A DNA stretch of 35,187 nucleotides, taken from the NCBI RefSeq assembly GCF_006345805.1, contig NW_021833170.1:1-35187 (forward strand). The letters run 5' to 3'. The position numbers were made by a program, and so were the translations under genes. Positions 31,721 through 35,187 of the stretch are shown one piece after another. The notes under the pieces are model-generated. The model worked only from the letters and a program-made list of their open reading frames with translations, was not told the origin of the DNA and did not search any database. Origin of the DNA: Octopus sinensis (taxonomy: Eukaryota). Within the stretch, counting starts at the first letter, position 1. The number at the start of each line of letters is the position of its first letter.

Positions 31721-33227
31721 TGCTATGTGGAGGTCAACCTCGTTGAAATGGCTGTTGCTGTAGTTGTTGTTGTTATTAATGTTGGTATTGTTGTTGGCTT
31801 TATCATAGTTGTTTTTGTTTAATTCCAGGTTAATCCTAATAAGGTAAACCTATGATTAAAGACCTTCCAACTGTGACCAACTCATATTTTCCTCTATGCA
31901 GGGAATCCTGAACCACATAATAAACTATTGTTTTTTTTGTTTGTTTGTTTTTAAAGATGTTATGTTGTGATTTAAGGGAGATTTAGCTATCATTTCTTTC
32001 AGGTTGACTAGCCATACAGAAACTCCCAGGCTGGCTCATATCATCTCTGAGGAGGAGATATTAGCGTAAGCTCTTTTTTCACTACTCTGGTTTCTCAATT
32101 AGAAACATATTGTCGGCTTAAAATCAATAGCTCACTGTCCAGAACAGCAACTCTTTAAACCAGACAGAATCTACTGTTTGATCATCAATTATGAATCGTT
32201 AAAGATTCCCTGGAGTCTGAAAATTCACCCATTGTACTTCCACAGAGCTTGCTGACTCAAGTGGCATTCAATGGATTGAAGACAAAAGAGTTCTCTAAGG
32301 GAGACAATCAAACTTCTTTTGTTTCATCATTCTTCACTCATTTTTTATAGCATATTTTTAATCATGACATCAATCATTAATTAATATCTAATCTTCTATG
32401 ATATATTGTATTTTTTCTCAATCTTCTGGTTCTTTTTTTATCCATTTTGTCCATTACTTTGTCTTCCAGCCTTTTCATTATTTTTTGCTCAATTTGTATA
32501 CAGTATTCTTTTGTGGCTATCAATTTCACTTTAGTATCAATCAATTTTTCTACCAATCTAGCCATAGAGTCCTCTCTGCCTGTTTGTCTTCCCCTCCTTC
32601 TCTCTTTCTTTATATATATATATCGCATATTATTTAGTGTTGCAGTTTTGTTTTAAGAAGCTGATTCAGGACTCAACAAAAAGGGGCTGATTCGGGACTC
32701 TCAGATCAACCCCTTATTCAGTAGATATATTATCAAAGGCGTTCTGTATTTTCTGTCAGACATGGTTATATCTAATGTGTCCTCCCTGAGACTAATTTGA
32801 GGGAGATTTAGCTGTTATTTCTAACAGGTTTCAGTAATCATGTCAGGGTTTTATTCTTGATTTGTAGTGGTGTGTAGTGGCAGTGGTGTGAAGTGGCAGT
32901 GGTGTAGTGGTGGTATAGTGAAGGTCAAAAGTTCTTTGCTTTGTTCTGTAAACATACAATATTACTTAGTTGGGGGAAGGGTAGTGTTTATGGCCTTTTT
33001 GCAAGGCCTTTGAAGACTGATGGGAAGGAGAGAGAGAGAGGAAGGTATCCTCCTATCAGAGCCTCACCTAAATGCACACAATGTAGTGGACTCTGCAAAC
33101 AGCATCCACAAACCAGGTGAGGTTGCAGTTCTAAGTCTACCACCCATGATATGATTTGAATTCAGAAAGCAAAGAGACAGAAAAAGTTTCTCAAGTCATC
33201 CTATCTAATGCCCCTATGAATCTGCCA

Positions 33228-33365
33228 GTCCCCTGCCCTAGAGAATTGCAGGAAAGATGAAAGGAAAAATTGACCCTGGTGGAAGTCAAACTCAGAACAT
33301 AGGGAACTGGAATAAACCCCACTAGGTATTTTCTTTGGTGTTCTAACAACTCTACAAGTTTGCCA
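33228..33365 (-). mobile_element. Degenerate Nin/Deu-domain-like SINE
   Basis: AAAGATGAAAGGAAAAATTGACC..AAACTCAGAAC on the plus strand. Confidence 0.55.
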
Positions 33366-33624
33366 GATTGCAAATTTGTTGTGGGTTGTTTGTTTTCACT
33401 CTCTTTTCCTTTACAAAAGTAAGTCATACAAATGTCTTTCTAAACCCTAAAACCATACTTCTTTATATGAACCAAATAAAGTAGCTTGTAGGTGGTCACT
33501 TAACTTGCTAGAAACAGCAACTAAGTTTCCTTCAACCTACGCCTTACTGTCTGAAAAGAAACAGGATTTTAGTGTAGTATGAGACTGTTATGGTTTGAAT
33601 ACTACTGTTTTCTAAATGTGGAAG

Positions 33625-33790
33625 GACCCTGTGGAAGAGAAGACTCCGGAAAACTTGGGAGGAAGTGGTGGAAAGTGACCTTCAGAAGCAGAGTTTTAAT
33701 AGGGAAGATGACAGAAGATCAATATGATTGGTAATTTGCTTTGCTTGAGAAGACTCATCCAACTAAGGAAAATCGAAGTCATAAAGGCAT
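33625..33790 (+). mobile_element. RTE-type LINE ORF C-terminal remnant
   Basis: Reads RLRKTWEEVVESDL, followed by TGCTTGAGAAGAC as in the other RTE ends. Confidence 0.65.
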
Positions 33791-34077
33791 GTCCCTCATG
33801 TCCATGCCTCTTTCCCATCACAATCTGTCCCCCCTGTCCAAGCTCTCCCCTACAACCCATCTTCATATCTTCCAACACATCCCTCTACCCCCCACCACTC
33901 GGAATCATCACCTGTTGTATTCCTTGCCCCTCTCTGTCTTCCACTCTCCCTCATGAGCCTACATTCACACAATTTGTCCCTATCGAATCCCTTCCCCCAC
34001 AACATATCCTCCCAAAAGCTCCTCCCTTAACCTGTGCCCACTCACTGCATTCCTCTCCACTCTCCATCTCCCACCAG

Positions 34078-34315
34078 TGAAGGCATGTGGCTTAGTGGTT
34101 AGGGATGTTGGACTCATGATCGTAAGATTGTGGTTTCGATTCCTGGGTCGGGTGACACGTTGTGTTCTTGAGCAAAACATTTCATTTCAGGTTGCCCCAG
34201 TCTACCCAGCTGGCAAAAGCAAGTAACCCTCTGATGGGTCAGTGTCTCATCCAGGTGGAGGATATATACACCATGGAAACTAGAAAACTGGCCCTTATGA
34301 GTCGGTATGACTTGA
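34078..34315 (+). mobile_element. tRNA-derived SINE
   Basis: A box TGGCTTAGTGGTTAGG, B box GGTTTCGATTCC, core GTGTTCTTGAGCAAAACA. Confidence 0.8.
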
Positions 34316-34904
34316 GAACATACCTTCACCTTTACCTTTGCCATCCCTCACACTCCCCTTGCAAACTCAGCCTCTCTGATCCCAAGTCCAATTCCTTTTA
34401 TACACTTCCTTGTGTCTCGGATGTATTCCCCCACCCCACTATCTCATCTTCACCATTTTTTCTCTCTCCTCTCTCCTCTTTCCCCTTTTTTCTCTCTCCA
34501 TTTTCTTTCCACCTGAGACATTGATTGGGGGGGGGTGAAGAAAAGTCTATTGGGTGGGTGTCCACCGTGCTGGGACATATGAGTTTGTTTGTGGGTGTGT
34601 TTGTGTATTTTCTGGTCAAACTCTTTGCCAGACTCCCAGGTACTGGCAGAGGGCTGAAATTGGGGGACTAGTCATGATGGGGCATGCAGGTATGATAGGA
34701 TGTACTTCTTTTCATATGGGCAAGGATTAAAATTTCCCTTCTGCTATTCAGGCTGGTGCTGGGAGCTCTTTAAAATCACTCATTTCTCAACCAGGCATAA
34801 TCTGCTCTTCCTGCTGCTGTTGAAGTAAACACCTTTTTCTGTCCCTCAGTTTTCTGTCCTTCTATACTACTCCACACCTCAGACTTTGCAATTTATTCGG
34901 TGAC

Positions 34905-35083
34905 CATCTAAAAAGCACCCAGTACACTCTGTAGAGTGGTTTGTACTGGTAAGAGCATCTAGCTGTGGAAACCACACAAGAGCAAACAGCAGAGCATGGT
35001 TCAGTCTTCTGACTGGCCAGCTCCAATTGAAGCATCTAATCCATGCCAGCATCGAAAACAGACACTAGATGATGATGATGATG
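34905..35083 (+). mobile_element. Degenerate RTE-type LINE 3' UTR with (GAT)n tail
   Basis: AAAAAGCACCC..CCATGCCAGCAT..GATGATGATG. Confidence 0.7.
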
Positions 35084-35187
35084 TTCACACACACACACAC
35101 ACACAGAGAAAGATGAGTTGCCTTTATGCGCTTTTTGTGTATCTGTGTGTGTATGTATATCTATATATATATATATGTATGATAGTA

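Noticed and set aside
5472-34315. tRNA-like A/B boxes at many SINE heads
   Set aside because: They continue into SINE bodies without a complete cloverleaf or acceptor stem, so they are not tRNA genes.

Overview
AT-rich, microsatellite- and SINE-dense animal genomic DNA. The repeat families suggest an octopus (inference). The left half holds a split minus-strand gene for an unidentified secreted precursor: a signal-peptide exon at 18294-18189, a 611-bp exon at 8412-7802 with an RRRRR/S furin-type site, and likely further exons at 5411-5293 and from 868. The splice phases are mutually compatible. The rest is intronic or intergenic DNA filled with tRNA-derived and Nin/Deu-type SINEs, RTE LINE 3' ends, decayed mariners, piggyBac- and hAT-type MITEs, a HERO/R2-like fragment and long simple repeats. 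The most notable hidden signal is about ten type I hammerhead-ribozyme motifs of the Penelope-like-element kind. Three have intact catalytic cores (1668-1766, 6260-6332, 6785-6875), and all three are antisense to the host gene. Every motif on the gene's sense strand has a broken core. Two motifs lie in long fold-back palindromes (6973-7181, 12221-12539). No database search or folding software was run. Repeat boundaries are approximate unless target-site duplications (TSDs) are cited.
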